DNA of 25,534 bases, taken from positions 1 through 25,534 of IMG/VR virus record IMGVR_UViG_3300032086_002300. One strand, 5' to 3'. Both the position numbers and the translations under genes were made by a program. This stretch comes from a virus. Taxonomy: Duplodnaviria > Caudoviricetes. Numbering within the stretch: position 1 is the stretch's first letter; each line of letters starts with the position of its first letter. The notes beneath the pieces were generated by a model that saw nothing but the letters and a program-made list of their open reading frames with translations, was not told where the DNA came from and did no database searches. This document shows positions 24,116 through 25,534 of this stretch, piece after piece.

Positions 24116-24531
24116 ACTTTGCCGACAGCTTAGAAGAAGGCATAAACGTCGAAGAGCAGGTTCTTGAGCGCATACATCGCAAGTATCCTTGTGCTGTCCG
24201 CATAGTCGGCAAGTTTGCTCCTTACGACATCTTCATTCCAGAGATCGAGAAACGCATTGAAGTCAAGCGAGACCACAAAAGTGAAGAGACTGGCAACTTA
24301 GTCATCGAGATCGAGATGGGAGGGAAACCCTCTGGACTCACGACCACACGCGCAGACTTTTGGGTATTCGATACACCAGCGACACAGATATGGGTCACAC
24401 CCGACAACCTACGCAGGTGCATAATGCTAGGCGAGTACACGCCAGCAACTTTCACAGGATCAGGCGACCGCACAAGCAAACGCGCCTACTTGATCCCAGT
24501 CACAGCAATCCAACAGTACGCATCAAACTAA
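24112..24531 (+). CDS. PD-(D/E)XK restriction-endonuclease-like protein
   Basis: G.NVEE...YDI...IEVKRD...TGNLVIE...ADFWVF. Confidence 0.7.
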   Translation: MNFADSLEEGINVEEQVLERIHRKYPCAVRIVGKFAPYDIFIPEIEKRIEVKRDHKSEETGNLVIEIEMGGKPSGLTTTRADFWVFDTPATQIWVTPDNLRRCIMLGEYTPATFTGSGDRTSKRAYLIPVTAIQQYASN

Positions 24532-24543
24532 TCAGCTGAGAAA

Positions 24544-25353
24544 ATGAAAAATTACATCTCACTAGGTGCTGGCGTTCAAAGCTCATGCCTTGCCTATATG
24601 GCAGCCGAAGGCGAATTTGAAGATAAAATAGACGCCGCAATTTTTGCAGACGTTGGCGCGGAGCCACAATCTGTTTACGACTATCTCGAACACTTGAAGC
24701 AAACTCTGCCCTTCCCTGTTTACACGGTGACACACAAAGACGGACTTCTTGCCGACGTTGTGAATGGAGTTAATGGCGGGAGAAGTTCAAGCCCTCCATT
24801 CTATACTAAATCCGAAAACGGTGAAATGGCAATTGTCCTGCGAAAATGTACGCGGGACTTTAAGATTCGTCCTCTAATGAAAAAACAAAAGGAGCTTGCA
24901 GGATTAACAGGGAAAAGACTCCCCAAAAGCCCCGTTGTCAGTTCTTGGATCGGCATATCTCTCGACGAAATCCAAAGAATGAAGATGTCGCGCGAGAAAT
25001 GGTGCGAAAATCGATTTCCATTAATCGAAAAAAGGATGAGTCGGCACGACTGTATGATGTGGATGGAAAAACGAGGCTACAAAATGCCTCCGAGATCTGC
25101 TTGTTGGTTCTGCCCTTATCATTCCAACCATGAATGGAGAAGGTTGAAAAACGAAGAACCCGAAGAATTTGAAAAGGCGGTCGCGCTCGATAAAATGATA
25201 CGTCCGAATTTTAGTGGCTTAAAACAACAAGTGTATCTCCATAAATCAGGATTACCTTTGGATGAGGTAGATTTACGAACGGACGAGGAAAAGGGGCAGA
25301 CAACCTTTTTCGATACGTGGAACAATGAATGCGACGGTATGTGTGGTTTATGA
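24544..25353 (+). CDS. PP-loop (PAPS-reductase-like / adenine nucleotide alpha-hydrolase) protein with Cys cluster
   Basis: ISLGAGVQSS, FADVGAE, RKCTRDFKIRP, WIGISLDE, RSACWFCPY and C-terminal ECDGMC. Confidence 0.8.
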   Translation: MKNYISLGAGVQSSCLAYMAAEGEFEDKIDAAIFADVGAEPQSVYDYLEHLKQTLPFPVYTVTHKDGLLADVVNGVNGGRSSSPPFYTKSENGEMAIVLRKCTRDFKIRPLMKKQKELAGLTGKRLPKSPVVSSWIGISLDEIQRMKMSREKWCENRFPLIEKRMSRHDCMMWMEKRGYKMPPRSACWFCPYHSNHEWRRLKNEEPEEFEKAVALDKMIRPNFSGLKQQVYLHKSGLPLDEVDLRTDEEKGQTTFFDTWNNECDGMCGL

Positions 25354-25496
25354 GTGTGACACAGATAGACGGAACTTGGTGGATCATCGACGTAAACGGC
25401 AGACTGATCGCCAGATTCGAGAGCAGAGAAGCAGCACGCAAGTATATGGTCGAGAAGGCGATCCGCAGGAGACCCCCCACTAAGGAATCTCTTTAG
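25350..25496 (+). CDS. 48-aa hypothetical protein, not in the ORF track
   Basis: MSVTQIDGTWWIIDVNGRLIARFESREAARKYMVEKAIRRRPPTKESL; ATGA overlap. Confidence 0.55.
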   Translation: MSVTQIDGTWWIIDVNGRLIARFESREAARKYMVEKAIRRRPPTKESL

Positions 25497-25534
25497 CCGA
25501 GCAAAAACAACGCAGGGTCGCCAATAGATCGGAA

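Noticed and set aside
1-25534. Alternative genetic code or stop-codon reassignment
   Set aside because: Genes tile densely under the standard code, and TAA, TAG and TGA all end credible genes.

Overview
A 25.5-kb segment of a temperate, long-tailed (siphovirus-like) phage genome, apparently in its non-integrated form because phage genes lie on both sides of a tRNA-Ala-derived attP. Nearly everything is on the + strand. The late module has a partial lambda-type portal, S49 prohead protease, scaffold, two tandem major-capsid paralogues, a head-closure-like protein fused to a Ser/Thr/Ala repeat stalk plus LamG domain, putative fibre proteins, holin/lipoprotein candidates, tail terminator, tail tube, a chaperone with a -1 frameshift site, tape measure and tail-tip proteins. 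Then come a terminator, attP, a tyrosine integrase and a divergent pair of ribbon-helix-helix regulators. The early module has a Sak/DUF1071-like annealase, DUF3127-like SSB, 3'-5' exonuclease, initiator with iterons, DnaB and a resolvase-like nuclease, and ends in a nucleoside deoxyribosyltransferase / TGT-fold / PD-(D/E)XK / PP-loop (PAPS-reductase-like) cluster. Most worth following up: the duplicated capsid gene, the candidate base-exchange DNA-modification cluster, a recurrent TAGACA-N4-ACCTTT late motif, the RHH/RHH switch and the apparent absence of GGCC and GGWCC. All family calls are from motif recognition by eye; no searches were run.
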